Origin: Octopus vulgaris
Taxonomy: Eukaryota
DNA length: 64,000 nucleotides
Direction: 5' to 3'
Assembly: GCA_951406725.2 (NCBI GenBank)
Contig: OX597819.1
Location: forward strand, 126,356,001 to 126,420,000
The notes below the pieces were generated by a model. It ran no database searches, had not been told where the DNA came from, and saw nothing but the letters and a program-made list of their open reading frames with translations. Of the stretch, positions 36,898 through 49,439 are shown in pieces; position 1 is the stretch's first letter, and each line of letters opens with the position of its first letter. Position numbers and translations under genes: made by a program.

Positions 36898-36913
36898 TGA
36901 TATTTTTTCCTAT
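29397..36913 (+). repeat. Copy 2 of 7.6-kb duplication
   Basis: Starts CACATATTAAC (= 21733) right after the gap; matches copy 1 up to TGATATTTTTTCCTAT, then continues into unique sequence. Confidence 0.97.
35709..35774 (-). ncRNA. Canonical type I hammerhead ribozyme (duplicate of 28059-28124)
   Basis: Identical sequence in copy 2 of the duplication. Confidence 0.85.
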
Positions 36914-37105
36914 CTGTCTGTAATAGATTTGTGACTATTCGGTGGTACAGAAGTATTTTTTTACTCCTATCATTGGCGATATAGGTTCTCACGTAGTACC
37001 CTTGTGTATATATGTACATATTTAATATTGTATGTATATTTTATTAATTCGCATGTACGGCTAATAATTCGCTTACCACTTGTGATTGTATTTTAATAAT
37101 ACCAT

Positions 37106-37164
<59 letters not shown>

Positions 37165-37866
37165 TCCTTAGTTATATATATATATTCAAATACATGCGTA
37201 TAAGACGCTTTCTTTATCTGCATTGATTTGTGAATATACAATTGTATTGCATAAAGCGTAGCATGCATATTAGTGCAGACATGTAGACATAATCAATTCT
37301 ATACTGAAATTACCATTACATGAAGAAGGCTGCGAAGGTGCCGTTATCCGAAGGATGGCAAGTGATTAAATAAATATATTCAGCTTCCCTACCTCCTGAC
37401 TTTTTATGGTTTATAATATACTCATGGAATATTCTCATCGATTGGATCTCCTGGACTTCAACCGCAAGGAACTCTGCATTATTCTCCTTTGTTCTTTTCC
37501 TGTGTGTAGAGAACTAAGGAAACATTATCTAATGTGTCTTCTGAAACGGTAAAGCGTGATTAGAAAGAGATTTAGCAGGTATATCTATCACGTCAAGTGA
37601 GAGTGTAGAGTCCCTCTCAGTTGATTCGAGGAATGTTGAGACTGAATGTAGCCACCAGAATTTGTGCTGTTATCTGGAGAAATCAGTGTGGGGGTTAGTC
37701 TTACGGCTAAGTCAATGTAAACATGCTGAAGCGTTGCAAAGTGATATGCTCCTGTGATATGCTATTTCCTTTGTGCTTTTTTTGAATTCTGGAAGTTCGA
37801 TGGGTGAATGATTTGGTTGTTATTTCAACTAAGTCAATGACATTCCAACCATGGGCGTCGTACCTT

Positions 37867-38220
37867 TCTTTACTCTGTTACTCTTTTACTTGTTTCAGTA
37901 ATTTGACTGCGGTCATGCTGGAGCACCGCCTTTAGTCGAGGAAATCGGCCCCCGGACTTATTCTTTGTAAGCCTAGTACTTATTCTATCGGTCTCTTTTG
38001 CCGAACCGCTAAGTTAAGGGGGACGTAAACACACTCCTTCGGTTGTCAAGCGATGTTGGGGTGACAAACACAGACACACAAACACACACACGCATATATG
38101 TATACATATATACGACGGGCTTCTTTCAGTTTCCGTTTACCAAATCCACTCACAAGGATTTGGTTGGCCCGAGGCTATAGTAGAAGACACTTGCCCAAGG
38201 TGCCACGCAGTGGGACTGAA
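37867..38220 (-). mobile_element. Family B SINE, 5'-truncated
   Basis: Reverse complement of 55660-type copies. Confidence 0.9.
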
Positions 38221-38769
38221 GTACATCTCAGTTTGGTTTTACGGGTGCCATAATACTAATGGTTCTAGAATCCATGAGCAGAAAGCCGTTCCCCGTTGCC
38301 AAAAGAGTGGTGGTAATCAATCCAATCTTTGCTCTCAGATATCCTTCTCATAATCTTTAACCAAAGCTTTGTTGACCAGCATCTGATCATTATACCCACA
38401 TAACTTTTCAACTAAGGTGTTTTTTTTTCCTGAAGCAATGTTGTTGCTTTAGGTGAGGTGAGTATATATTCGTTGCCATAAAACTGCTGCTGTGATCTTA
38501 TATTGGAAAATAAGTTACAGGTCTCTAATTTAGATCGTGTCATCAATTTTAGGAATTAAAATGTTTTTGTTCTCTTCACAAAATATTTTTTGCCAGCAGG
38601 AATAGATATTTTAGCCCGATGTTTAAAAGTTTTCGTCATTTTCGAGATTTTCCTGTTGTTGCATTTTGTGGTATCTGGACTACTCCATGCATTCTTCCTG
38701 TGTGCAATTGATCTTGCTGTGCACCAGTGACATAATATCGGGTTCATAGGCGCCAGCTGCATGACTTGC

Positions 38770-38861
38770 TTCTCGGCCATCTGTCTTCTACTGCATGAGC
38801 ATCTTGGCCGAGGCTGACCAGCCCTTGTCAGTGGTATACGAAAACTGAAAGAAGTCTGTCG

Positions 38862-38895
<34 letters not shown>

Positions 38896-39165
38896 CATGT
38901 ATGTATGTATGTATGTATGTATGTATGTAGGAACGTACGTACGTATATATAAATGTATTTATATATTTTGTGTGAATGTGTCTTTGTATCTGTGTTTGTC
39001 CCCCGCCATCGCTTGACAACCGATGTTGCTGTTTACACCCCCGTAACTTAGCGGTTCGGCAAAAGAATAAATCATGAGGTCGATTTCTTCGACTAAATCT
39101 CTTTACAGCGGTACCCCAGCATGGCCGCAGTCATATGACAAAGAAGTGAAAGAATAAAAAATAAA
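38770..39165 (+). mobile_element. Degenerate family B SINE
   Basis: GAAAACTGAAAGAAGTCTGTCGTATAT...ATCGCTTGACAACCGATG...CCCCAGCATGGCCGCAGTCA. Confidence 0.75.
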
Positions 39166-39519
39166 AGAATCATATCAACTGCTCTCCATGTTCTTCCTAT
39201 CAAATTCTCCTCCTTTCTTACTATTATCACTGCATTGGTTCTCGTTTCCATCTTAATATTAATAAAATAGTTTGGGATTTTAATTGAGCTGCTCGTTTTG
39301 TTCAATAAAGTGCTGTCACCTTTCATAATGGCGAGTTCTTTCTCATTTAGCATGGATCTCTTTCTTGTCTTAAGAGCTCTTTCATTTCAATGTCTTGTTT
39401 GTCATGTGATTCTGTAGAATTTGTCTTTTCTTTCATTTTCTTTTTCATTTCTGTCTTCCTAATCCGTCGTCAATTTCATTAAGAACTGGGATTCCGTTTC
39501 TTTGATTTTCACTTTCTCT

Positions 39520-39730
39520 CTCTTTTTTACTCTTTTACTTGTTTCAGTCATTTGACTGCGGCCATGCTGGAGCACCGCCTTTAGTCGAGCAACTAGACCC
39601 AAGGACTTATTCTTTGTAAGCCCAGTACTTATTCTATCGGTCTCTTTTGCCGAACCGCTAGGTGACGGGGACATAAACACGCCAGCATCGGTTGTCAAGC
39701 AATGCTAGGGGGACAAACACAGACACACAA

Positions 39731-39769
<39 letters not shown>

Positions 39770-39933
39770 CATATATACGACGAGCTTCTTTCAGTTTCCG
39801 TCTACCAAATCCACTTACAAGGCATTGGTCGGCCCGGGGCTATAGCAGAAGACACTTGCCCAAGGTGCCACGCAGTGGGACTGAACCCTGAACCATGTGG
39901 TTGGTTAGCAAGCTACTTACCACACAGCCACTC
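39520..39933 (-). mobile_element. Family B SINE, full length
   Basis: Head GAGTGGCTGTGTGGTAAGTAGCTTGC to tail (GTAAAAGA)n on the minus strand. Confidence 0.93.
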
Positions 39934-40450
39934 GTCTCTAATATTTCCAATTCTTTTCGTTTGCTTGGGTTTAGAGGCTTTCCTTCGTGATTAGCACAAC
40001 TGCTTCATAGATTATTCGATTTATTCTCGCGGTATTGATGTTTGCATCTGTTTCTAGTGAGCCAAAGTTGGCACTATTTGCGTTCTTTTATTGTTAAGTT
40101 TTATCTTTGGAGAAGTCTTTCATTGGAACACGGTAAAGTCTTCGACTTTAATTCAGCGATTCACAATTTCCAGTTTTGAGCTTTCTACTGCCAGATTTTG
40201 TTCATATTTATGTTCTATTTTAGTTGGTGGAGTGATTTACCTATTATTAGTCAATAATCTCTTGGTTTACTGCTCACTCATTTGTAGTATTTTGTTATTT
40301 GTTTTGTTTGTTTTACTACCACAGGACCTATCAATGCGTTATACGTTCCCGGTATTTATAAGTTTAACGTTTTAAATTTTGTTGCAAAATTTTTTCCGTT
40401 GTTTATATTTTAATTAGGCACTCTTCTTTTCAATATTCTATTTTTATGTC

Positions 40451-40660
40451 AAGGCGGCGAGCTGGCAGAAACGTTAGTACGTCGGGCGAAATGCTCAGCA
40501 GTATTTCGCCTGTCGCTACGTTCTGAGTTCAAATTCCACCGAGGTCGACTTTGCCTTTCATCCTTTCGGGGTCGATAAATTAAGTACCAGTTGCATACTG
40601 GGGTCTACATAATCGACTAGCCCCTTCCCCCAAAATTTCGGACCTTGTGCCTTGAATAAA
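40451..40660 (+). mobile_element. Family A SINE with alternative tail
   Basis: AAGGCGGCGAGCTGGCAGAAACG...CCCCAAAATTTCGGACCTTGTGCC. Confidence 0.9.
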
Positions 40661-41027
40661 ACAAAAATTCTTTGAATAAAAAAAAAATTCTTTGTCTAAT
40701 ATCTTTTTGGTTTCAGTATGTTTCTTCTTAAACACGTTTGTCAATCTGGCTACAACTTACTTCTGTATTAGAATTATTTTCTCTCCATGAGTTTGATGTA
40801 GTAGTTTGGAACGGGTGTAGAGGCTTGCTGTAAAACACAATCATGCTGTAAAATCGGTTTTCTTTCACTTTTAGCGTTATTATTTATTTGTGTGACGTCT
40901 GAAGTAACACTTGGTTAATTTCGATTAGTTACCTTTCACACAGGTATTTGTAAATTGCATATTTCATATCTTTTGTGCATCATATTCAAATTATTAGTTC
41001 CTCTCCAAAATTTCAACCGAATTGTAC

Positions 41028-41070
<43 letters not shown>

Positions 41071-41502
41071 ATGCGCGCGTGTGTCTTTGTGTGCCAGTGT
41101 GTGTGTAGATGTTGAGTTGAATTTGCCAATTTTTGCTCTGACTTTACCCGTGGTGGCCAGTCATGTATTAGACATTAAAATCAGATAATTTAAATTTAAA
41201 CAAAAATCATTGAACATTTTCATTCGTTACTTTTGGTTCTCTTCATTGTCATTTTATTAATGCTTATGTGTAGTTTTAGAGAATCTACCCATTTTACTGT
41301 AGTCAGTATCGCTCATATAAGATTCGACTTAAACGTCTCTACTCTGCACATCCAGATATGTAACCTTATGTCAATCCTAAAACAAAAACAAAACATTATT
41401 ACTATTTGAAATTAGCAGTCACTGGCATCATTTTTTACCAACTCCGGAGTTTTTAAATAGTTGGATGCGTGCTTTTGCGTCATGTTTCTTTGGACCCGTT
41501 AT

Positions 41503-41915
41503 CTCTTTTACTCTTTTACTTGTTTCAGCCATTTGACTGTGGCCATGCTGGAGCACCGCCTCTAGTCGAGCAAATCGACCCCAGGACTTATACTTTGTAA
41601 GCCTAGTATTATATCGGTCTATTTTGCCGAACCATTAAGTTACGGGGACGTAAACACACCAGCATCGGTTGTCAAGCGATGTTGGGGGAACAAACACAGA
41701 CACACAAACATATACACACATATACATATATATATATATATACACATATATACGACGGTCTTTTTTCTGTTTCCGTCTACCAAATCTACTCACAAGGCTT
41801 TGGTCGGCCCGAGGCTATAGTAGAAGACACTTGCCCAATGTGCCATGCAGTGGGACTGAACCCGGGACCTTGTGGTTGGTAAGCAAGCTACTTATCACAC
41901 AGCCACTCCTATGCC
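41503..41915 (-). mobile_element. Family B SINE, full length
   Basis: Matches other family B copies. Confidence 0.93.
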
Positions 41916-42340
41916 GTTATATTCACAAGTTATTAATCTATTGAATGCAATGATGGATGAAGGAAAAAATAATATAGTGATTGAAGAAGAGATGAGCTTC
42001 TGTGTTGTGGAATATATGAACAATAAGGTTGTTGAATAAATAAAATTGCTACAAAAAATTTATACCCTTCTGTAGTCACTCTATCATAATGACAGCGATA
42101 TCACACTCGGCAGTTAAGATGCTCATAGACACCTTCCATAGCCACCAGTTTCCTGTATCAGCAGCAGAAAGTGATCGGGTCTGTAAGGTGTCATGATCTA
42201 AGTGGCGACTTTTCACTCCTACGCGAGTGGGCCTCTTTTATCTGTTTGCTTCTTTTTTGTGTGTTTGGATTTACACATAGATGCATATATGTGTGTTTAA
42301 TCTAAAGTTATATACTATTGCGTTACGTTTTTGATCTACC

Positions 42341-42687
42341 TTGGCTGTGTGGTAAGTAGCTTGCTAACCAACCACATGGTTCCGGGTTAAGTCCCACTGC
42401 GTGGCATCTTGGGCAAGTGTCTTCTACTATAGCCCCGGGCCGACCAATTCCTTGTGAGTGGATTTGGTAGACGGAAACTGAAAGAAGCCTGTCGTATATA
42501 TGTATATATATGTCAGTGTATGTGTATATGTTTGTGTGTCTGTGTTTGTCCCCCTTGCATTGATTGACAACCGATGCTGGGCTTACAAAGAATAAGTCCC
42601 GGGGTCGATTTGCTCGACTAAAGGCGGTGCTCTAGCATGGTCGCAGTCAAATGACTGAAACAAGTAAAAGAGTTTAAAAGAGTAAAA
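42341..42687 (+). mobile_element. Family B SINE with internal deletion
   Basis: Head and tail intact; lacks the GTTTACGTCCCCGTAAC segment. Confidence 0.9.
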
Positions 42688-43270
42688 GTGTATGTGTATA
42701 TCTCCACATCTCCAGTAATTATCAGAATTTTTCTATGAATAACTGGTCTCTTGCGGAAAATAAATATAAAGATCATTATTAAGGCAGCTGCAAGTGCCAT
42801 TGGTACATGCAGTATGACATAAAATGTGTGCAGTATCTAGCAGTGTTATGGTTTTTGTTTTCGTGTGTGTGTGTGTGTGTGTGTGGTCCACTCGTATATC
42901 TTGTGAGATCACTGTCTATCTGGAAATTTTCTATTAAGATAAAAGCTTGGGCAGGTTTTGTGCTTGAGGAAGGGGAAAACTTGAAGTTTCCCATACATGT
43001 AATTTTCCCATCCCTACCCCATTGACTGTTCTCAAAGTAAAACCAAGGGCCGATACAACTTGGCGCCAGAGTCATCGCAGACGTTGCCAAAACAACGGAA
43101 GCCGGAACTCCAAAGCATTTCGTCCTACATTCTAACATCTCAGCAATCAGCTGCTGGCATTGGTATTTTATCGACTCCGAAAGCATGAAATGCAAAGTTG
43201 AACTCAGCATAAACGAAGTTCAGGGCGGAGAGAACCGGAACAAATAATGAAAGTCATTCGTCATATGTGG

Positions 43271-43654
43271 TGGAAACACTCTGTCGGTTACGACGATGAA
43301 GGTTCCGGTTGATCCGAATCAACGGAACAGCCTGCTCGTGAAATTAACGTGTAAGTGGCTGAGCACTGCACAGACACGTGTACCCTTAACGTAGTTCTCG
43401 GGGATATTCAGCGTGACACAGAGAGTGACAAGGCCGGCCCCTTGAAATACAGGTACAACAGAAACAGGAAGTAAGAGTGAGAGAAAGTTGTGGTGAAAGA
43501 GTACAGCAGGGATCACCACCATCCCCTGCCGGAGCCTCGTGGAGCTTTTAGGTGTTTTCGCTCAATAAACACTCACAACGCCCGGTCTGGGAATCGAAAC
43601 CGCAATTCTATGACCGCGAGTCCGCTGCCCTAACCACTGGGCCATTGCGCCTCC
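43271..43654 (-). mobile_element. tRNA(Arg)-derived OR-like SINE, tail type 2
   Basis: Near-identical reverse complement of 44095-44476. Confidence 0.92.
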
Positions 43655-43699
43655 CATCGTATATGTAAGCCCCTGGATATTAGCTATGCATTCGTCTAC

Positions 43700-44580
43700 A
43701 TACTTTTAGAATCATTACCAAGGCATTTTTGGTTATGGAGATTCTTTTTTCCCTTTTCAGTCCTCACATGCTGGCTATCCCCATTTCCAGATATTCATAG
43801 TTGGATAATTGTTCCATTTCTTTTAGATATACATTACTTTCACTTGGGCTGGTTACATCCATCGGTCGGAATACACTTTCTTTACTAATGTCCCTCAACA
43901 ATAATATCCGGTTGATTTTTTTATATCTCACTATGAATTGGCATGGCTAAGAGTATGGTAATTTTCTAATTTTCTGTGACATTTTCTGGTGCATGTTTCT
44001 ATTATGTATCATATGTCGCTATTTCATTATGTTGGTATAATTCCCATTTTATGAAAAATCTAACACTTGTCACTCTGTTTATATATTCTCATTTGTGGAG
44101 GCGCAATGGCCCAGTGGTTAGGGCTGCGGACTCGCGGTCGTAGGATCGCGGTTTCGATTCCCAGACCGGGCGTTGTGAGTGTTTATTGAGCGAAAACACC
44201 TAAAAGCTCCACGAGGCTCCGGCAGGGGATGGTGGTGATCCCTGCTGTACTCTTTCACCACAACTTTCTCTCACTCTTACTTCCTGTTTCTGTTGTACCT
44301 GTATTTCAAGGGGCCGGCCTTGTCACTCTCTGTGTCACGCTGAATATCCCCGAGAACTACGTTAAGGGTATACGTGTCTGTGGAGTGCTCAGCCACTTAC
44401 ACGTTAATTTCACGAGCAGGCTGTTCCGTTGATTCGGTTCAACCGGAACCCTCATCGTCGTAACCGACGGAGTGCTAAGGCGTATATTCTCATTTAACTA
44501 AGACTGGGCAACCAGAAACAATATAATTAATTGTTTCTTCATAAAATCCATATATTTACACTGCTTCTGGTTATTCCTGT
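43700..44580 (-). mobile_element. Degenerate R4/Dong LINE fragment (CCHC finger plus RLE), interrupted by a SINE
   Basis: Minus-strand pieces EETINYIVSGCPVLV, KHAPENVTEN*KITIL, PDIIV and NALVMIL follow the R4/Dong order ET..HI.SGC..L / WY.H.PE.V.EN / RPDI / GALG.I. Confidence 0.7.
44095..44476 (+). mobile_element. tRNA(Arg)-derived OR-like SINE, tail type 2, with 13-bp TSD
   Basis: TSD TATATTCTCATTT at 44082-44094 and 44483-44495; A and B boxes intact. Confidence 0.95.
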
Positions 44581-44644
44581 TTTATTATTGTTATTATTGT
44601 TACTGTAGTAGTAATAGTTATTGTTCTTGTTGTCATTGCTACTG

Positions 44645-45010
44645 TTGCTGTTGAGCGAAGCGGTCTTCGTCCTCTTAGGAGAAGTCCGAAACGTGGTCCT
44701 TTGCTATTCGTAAGACCCGCAGAAGAGAAAGCAGGTCAACCCCCGACACCGAGAGCATCGAGGGATGGATGAATGCGCATCCAGGCTAAGCGGTTGCGTA
44801 GGAAGTCGGGGACAAGAAACGGGAAGAAAGAGTGAGAGAAAGTTGGGGCCTAAAGAGTACAACAGGGGTCGCCACCACTTCCTGCCGGAGCCTCGTGGAG
44901 TATTAGGTGTTTTTCGCTCAATAAACACACACAATGCTCGGTCTGGGAATCGAAACCGCGATCCTCCGACCGCGAGTCCGCTGTCCTAGCTACTGGGTCA
45001 TTGCGCCTCC
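44645..45010 (-). mobile_element. tRNA(Arg)-derived OR-like SINE, tail type 3
   Basis: Same head and body as the other OR-like copies up to CTTTCTCTCACTCTT, then an unrelated tail ending in (CAA/CAG)n. Confidence 0.85.
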
Positions 45011-45399
45011 TGTTGTTGTCGTCGAGGCTGTTGTTGTTGCTACAGCTAACTTTCTTGTTACTCTTGTTCTTGATTTTGTTGCGTTTTGGTGTGAACAGAC
45101 CTGTCTTTAGACTGCTCCGACAGAATTGGATCATTATGAAATTTAATTAGGTGAAATTCTTTCTTTTTTCAAATCGGAGACTTTAGAATGTACAGATATT
45201 TATTTCCGAATTCGTGTTTGTTTATGTTTGAGCTCAGTATAGCTTCCTGTTCTAACGAAGCAAGAAACGGCCCCAAAATATAACGTTGAACGAAGCAGCA
45301 CTAAGTACAAACGAAAATTTGATATAATAAAAGGGAGGTATAGATTGAAAGCATAAACTGATACAGTCATCTCTGGAACAAATATATTTTGTAATATTT

Positions 45400-45817
45400 G
45401 GCGTAGGAGTGGCTGTGTGGGAAGTAGCTTGCTTATCAACCACATGGTTCCGGGTTCAGTCCCACTCTGTGGCACCTTGAGCTTCTACTATAACCTGGGG
45501 CCGACCAAAGCCTTGTGAGTGGATTTGGTAGACGGAAACTGAAAGAAGCCCGTCGTATATATGTATGAGTATATATATGTATATGTGTGTATATGTTTGT
45601 GTGTCTGTGTTTGTCCCCCCAACATCGCTTGACAACCGATGCTGGTGTGCTTACGTCCCCGTAATCTAGCGGTACGGCAAAAGAGACTGATAGAATAAGT
45701 ACTAGGCTTACAAAGAATAAGTCCTGGGGATCGATTTGCTCGACTAAAAAGGCGGTGCTCCATCATGGCCACAGTCAAATGACTGAAACAAGTAAAATAG
45801 TAAAAGAGTAAAGGAGT
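45400..45817 (+). mobile_element. Family B SINE, near full length (followed by a family A fragment at 45826-45947)
   Basis: GGCGTAGGAGTGGCTGTGTGG...GACTGAAACAAGTAAAATAGTAAAAGAG. Confidence 0.93.
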
Positions 45818-46278
45818 ATATTTTTATTTCGCCTTTCATCCTTTCGGGGTCGATAAATCACGTGCCATTTGCGTACTTGGGTCGATCTAGTCGACTGGGC
45901 CTCCTCGCCAAAAATTTCGGGCCTTGTGCCGAGAGTAGAAAAGAATATTTACACATTTTTGACAAATAACAATTTGCAATATTTATGCGCAATGCCTGAT
46001 GGCTGCCTCAGTAGTAGGTGGAAGAGTTAATTACCCACCTCATGATAGGAGTTGTCTCGACAGTCTAATCAAACGGGCTCACAAATAATTTACGGAAAAG
46101 AACAAAGCAGAAATTAACGAGAATATGGACAAAAAGAATCTTAAGGATTCAGACAGAGCTTCAAGCTTACGGATTTGCTTTTATACCAATGACAGAGGCA
46201 CTGAAATAGACACACATAAGAGCCCTCTTTTGTATATGATTTTTGTAGCATTATGGGCCTTTGTGCCTAATATTGAAA

Positions 46279-46691
<413 letters not shown>

Positions 46692-46716
46692 ATTATTTTG
46701 TATTGTATATCCACAG

Positions 46717-46866
46717 TTCGGCCAAACCAACGGCCATCTTCTGCTGGCAGGATGCCTCAGATGTCTCCAAGTCATCCAAGTCAACAGCATCAACAACAAG
46801 CACCAACGATACCCGGAGCACCTCAGCAACATCCTGTACGGGCGCCACCTTCCGAGACAAATGAGA
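46717..46866 (+). CDS. Internal coding exon of an unidentified gene (Pro/Gln-rich, likely disordered)
   Basis: Acceptor ...TATATCCACAG, donor GTGAGT, length 150 nt (multiple of 3), GC higher than flanks. Phase-1 frame reads xRPNQRPSSAGRMPQMSPSHPSQQHQQQAPTIPGAPQQHPVRAPPSETNE. Confidence 0.75.
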
Positions 46867-47007
46867 GTGAGTACCTGACCGATTGTGTTTATCTGATTTT
46901 TATCCATTTATGAATTTTGTAATACTTATAAATAGCTCCAGTTTCAGATATATTTTCTTATGTTGTTTATAGCCAGGAATCATGTCATTAACGCAGATAT
47001 CATATAC

Positions 47008-47050
<43 letters not shown>

Positions 47051-47267
47051 GCAAGATTCCTGATGGGAAATCGTGTGTTGAAACATATTGTTATATTTGG
47101 GGATGGTCATTTGTCTATTATTTTTTTTTCGCTAAAAGGGATTAAACGGAACAGGAAGAGACACGTTGTATGGTGAGTCGCTGAAGAAGTCACAGGATAT
47201 ATGATGAAAGATTTCAGACAAAGGACGCTAAAATAAAAATAATATTTTTAACAATAACAATAACAAA

Positions 47268-47727
47268 TGCCCTGATGCAGTACCAGGCAGTGGCTGTCAT
47301 GGCTTCTGATCTTAACTGATTGGAAGTGTTATCATGTACATTGCTTTGTCTTGGTATAAAAGATGGGCTACAACAAATTTTGCTTGTCAGTTGTTTGACC
47401 TTAACCATTTGAATATGTCCCTTAGTGGCTGACAATATATGCATCTCTGATCGAGGGCAGAAATACCGAGGGAACATCATATCTATGTGTTGAGAGGAAT
47501 TCTTTGGGGTTTAAATAATTCACGTTTGCAAACATGAGTGTTTCGTTCAACATCCTTAGACGACCCTTATTCAGGAACCTTTTGAGCGGGATTGACTACT
47601 CGACCAGAAGTAAATTCTAACTGGATCCCATCTGCAAAGTAATGCTTTGTTTATTTTGGTATGAAATCACCATGTCGCGCACATATGGTTGTATATCTTC
47701 ATGGCATGCACTGCTCTCTCACCCAAT
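47268..47727 (+). mobile_element. (AAT)n-associated element with apparent 5' end
   Basis: Begins GCCCTGATGCAGTACCAGGCAGTGGC after AATAAC repeats; ends GGCATGCACTGCTCTCTCACCC-AATAAT. Confidence 0.82.
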
Positions 47728-47741
47728 AATAAAAATAATAA

Positions 47742-48325
47742 AAGGAGTACCTCATAAGACATAACTGACTAGGGCAGTACATCCACTGGAAGGTCGTAAA
47801 TACTACAAAATTAAATTCCATGATGTGGCACAAACACCATCGAGAGGATGTAGTAAATAGCGAGGATGTCACCATCTTTTGGAACTTCTCTATACAAGCA
47901 GACAGAAAAATTGACTGTAGTTGACCAGACATTGTGATCAAGGACTGAAACAGAGGAACTTGTCTATTAATTTATATGTTTGTCCGACAAGAACAAAATG
48001 TCTCAAGAAAGGAATACTATAAAGATCTGTAAATGTGGAAGCTTAGTCTAAGATAACAGCAAATTTGTGCGTTGGGAATGGTATAGAAGGGAGCGGAGAA
48101 GTACGTTATGCAGCTCCCTGGTAACTCCAATCTCCAGGAACTACAAAAGATAACCTTGATGTGTACAGACCATATACTACGGAAAGCACTCTGCATCGAA
48201 AATGGAATAAATGTGGCGATAATTTTAGTATGCATAACAAAACAAAAGTGCCCTTGCTACTCTTGGTCACTGGAGGATGACCGGTACTAAGGGGCAGCTG
48301 AAATAAAGATATAATGAAAGGAAAT
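47742..48325 (+). mobile_element. R4/Dong-clade LINE 3' end (RLE domain plus 3' UTR), followed by (GAT)n/(AAT)n
   Basis: KEYLIRHN*LGQYIHWK...WHKHHREDVVNSEDVTIFWNFSIQADRKIDCS*PDIVIKD...CLLI...KEYYKDL...ALGMV*KGAEKYVMQLPGNSNLQELQKITLMCTDHILRKAL, with the RHN, PDI and LQK...HILRK motifs. Confidence 0.9.
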
Positions 48326-48336
48326 CATAAATGATA

Positions 48337-48446
<110 letters not shown>

Positions 48447-48613
48447 GCTTAAGTGGTGCATGAGTATATAGTGTGTGGCTATTTTGGAAAAAATAACCAC
48501 AAAAAATGACCATTCCTACATATAACAATATACGTATATGTATATATATATATATATACTCTCACCCGCGCGTGCATTGCAACATACACGCATACACGCA
48601 TACACGCATACAC

Positions 48614-48671
<58 letters not shown>

Positions 48672-49021
48672 GCGCGCGCGGCATTGCTATGTTCTTTTTT
48701 TTTTATTGTTACTTTGTTTTTGTATGTCTTCATCCACGTTTGCACTGTTTTTATATATTTTCATTTAACTTTATTTACTCTTCTGTATAATACGCAAAAT
48801 ATTCAAGTGATCATTGAACATTCAGACCAAGTCATCCTAGTTTTGCTTTGACATACTATTGAGATCCTCTCATAGACATGATTGGTGCATAAAAGCACAC
48901 ACGTAGATTGTAGCAGACGAGTATCGTTACTCACGGACGCTGGAATACCCATATCACGTGACTTCATTCTGGTGGAACGAAGTCACGTGATATTCTATAT
49001 ATTCACTGGAATATATAGAAT

Positions 49022-49183
49022 ACTAGCAGTATCGCCCGGCGTTGCTAGAGTTTGTTTCGACCCTTTGGAATTGGAATTTTTGAAAAGTAAAAATTTTGCA
49101 TTATGTACGCGTAGCTTGTTATTCTCTTTAAGTGAACATTTTTCTGGTTGAAATACACTGAAAAATGGCGACACAGCAGTCAA
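49022..49183 (-). mobile_element. Helitron-like non-autonomous element 3' end
   Basis: Minus strand ends ...CTCTAGCAACGCCGGGCGATACTG-CTAG|T: degenerate GC-rich subterminal hairpin and CTAG terminus before T. Confidence 0.55.
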
Positions 49184-49189
49184 TATATA

Positions 49190-49233
<44 letters not shown>

Positions 49234-49254
49234 TATATACACATGCAGATATAT

Positions 49255-49297
<43 letters not shown>

Positions 49298-49312
49298 CAC
49301 ACACACACTCTC

Positions 49313-49389
<77 letters not shown>

Positions 49390-49439
49390 CCGAAAATTAT
49401 AAGTCATTCGTAACTGCAACATAAATTTATAGAGTGGAG

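Larger units (their letters stand above)
39170..40860 (-). mobile_element. Possible highly degenerate LINE relic interrupted by two SINEs
   Basis: A-rich minus strand; the fragment QDIEMKELLRQE...STLLNKTSSSIKIPNY loosely resembles an APE endonuclease N-terminus. Weak evidence. Confidence 0.3.

Noticed and set aside
21733-36913. Biological segmental duplication or gene amplification
   Set aside because: Breakpoints coincide exactly with the scaffold gap edges, so an assembly overlap is more parsimonious.
44097-44170. tRNA-Arg gene
   Set aside because: It is a SINE head: it continues into the SINE body, has TSDs and lacks a proper acceptor stem.
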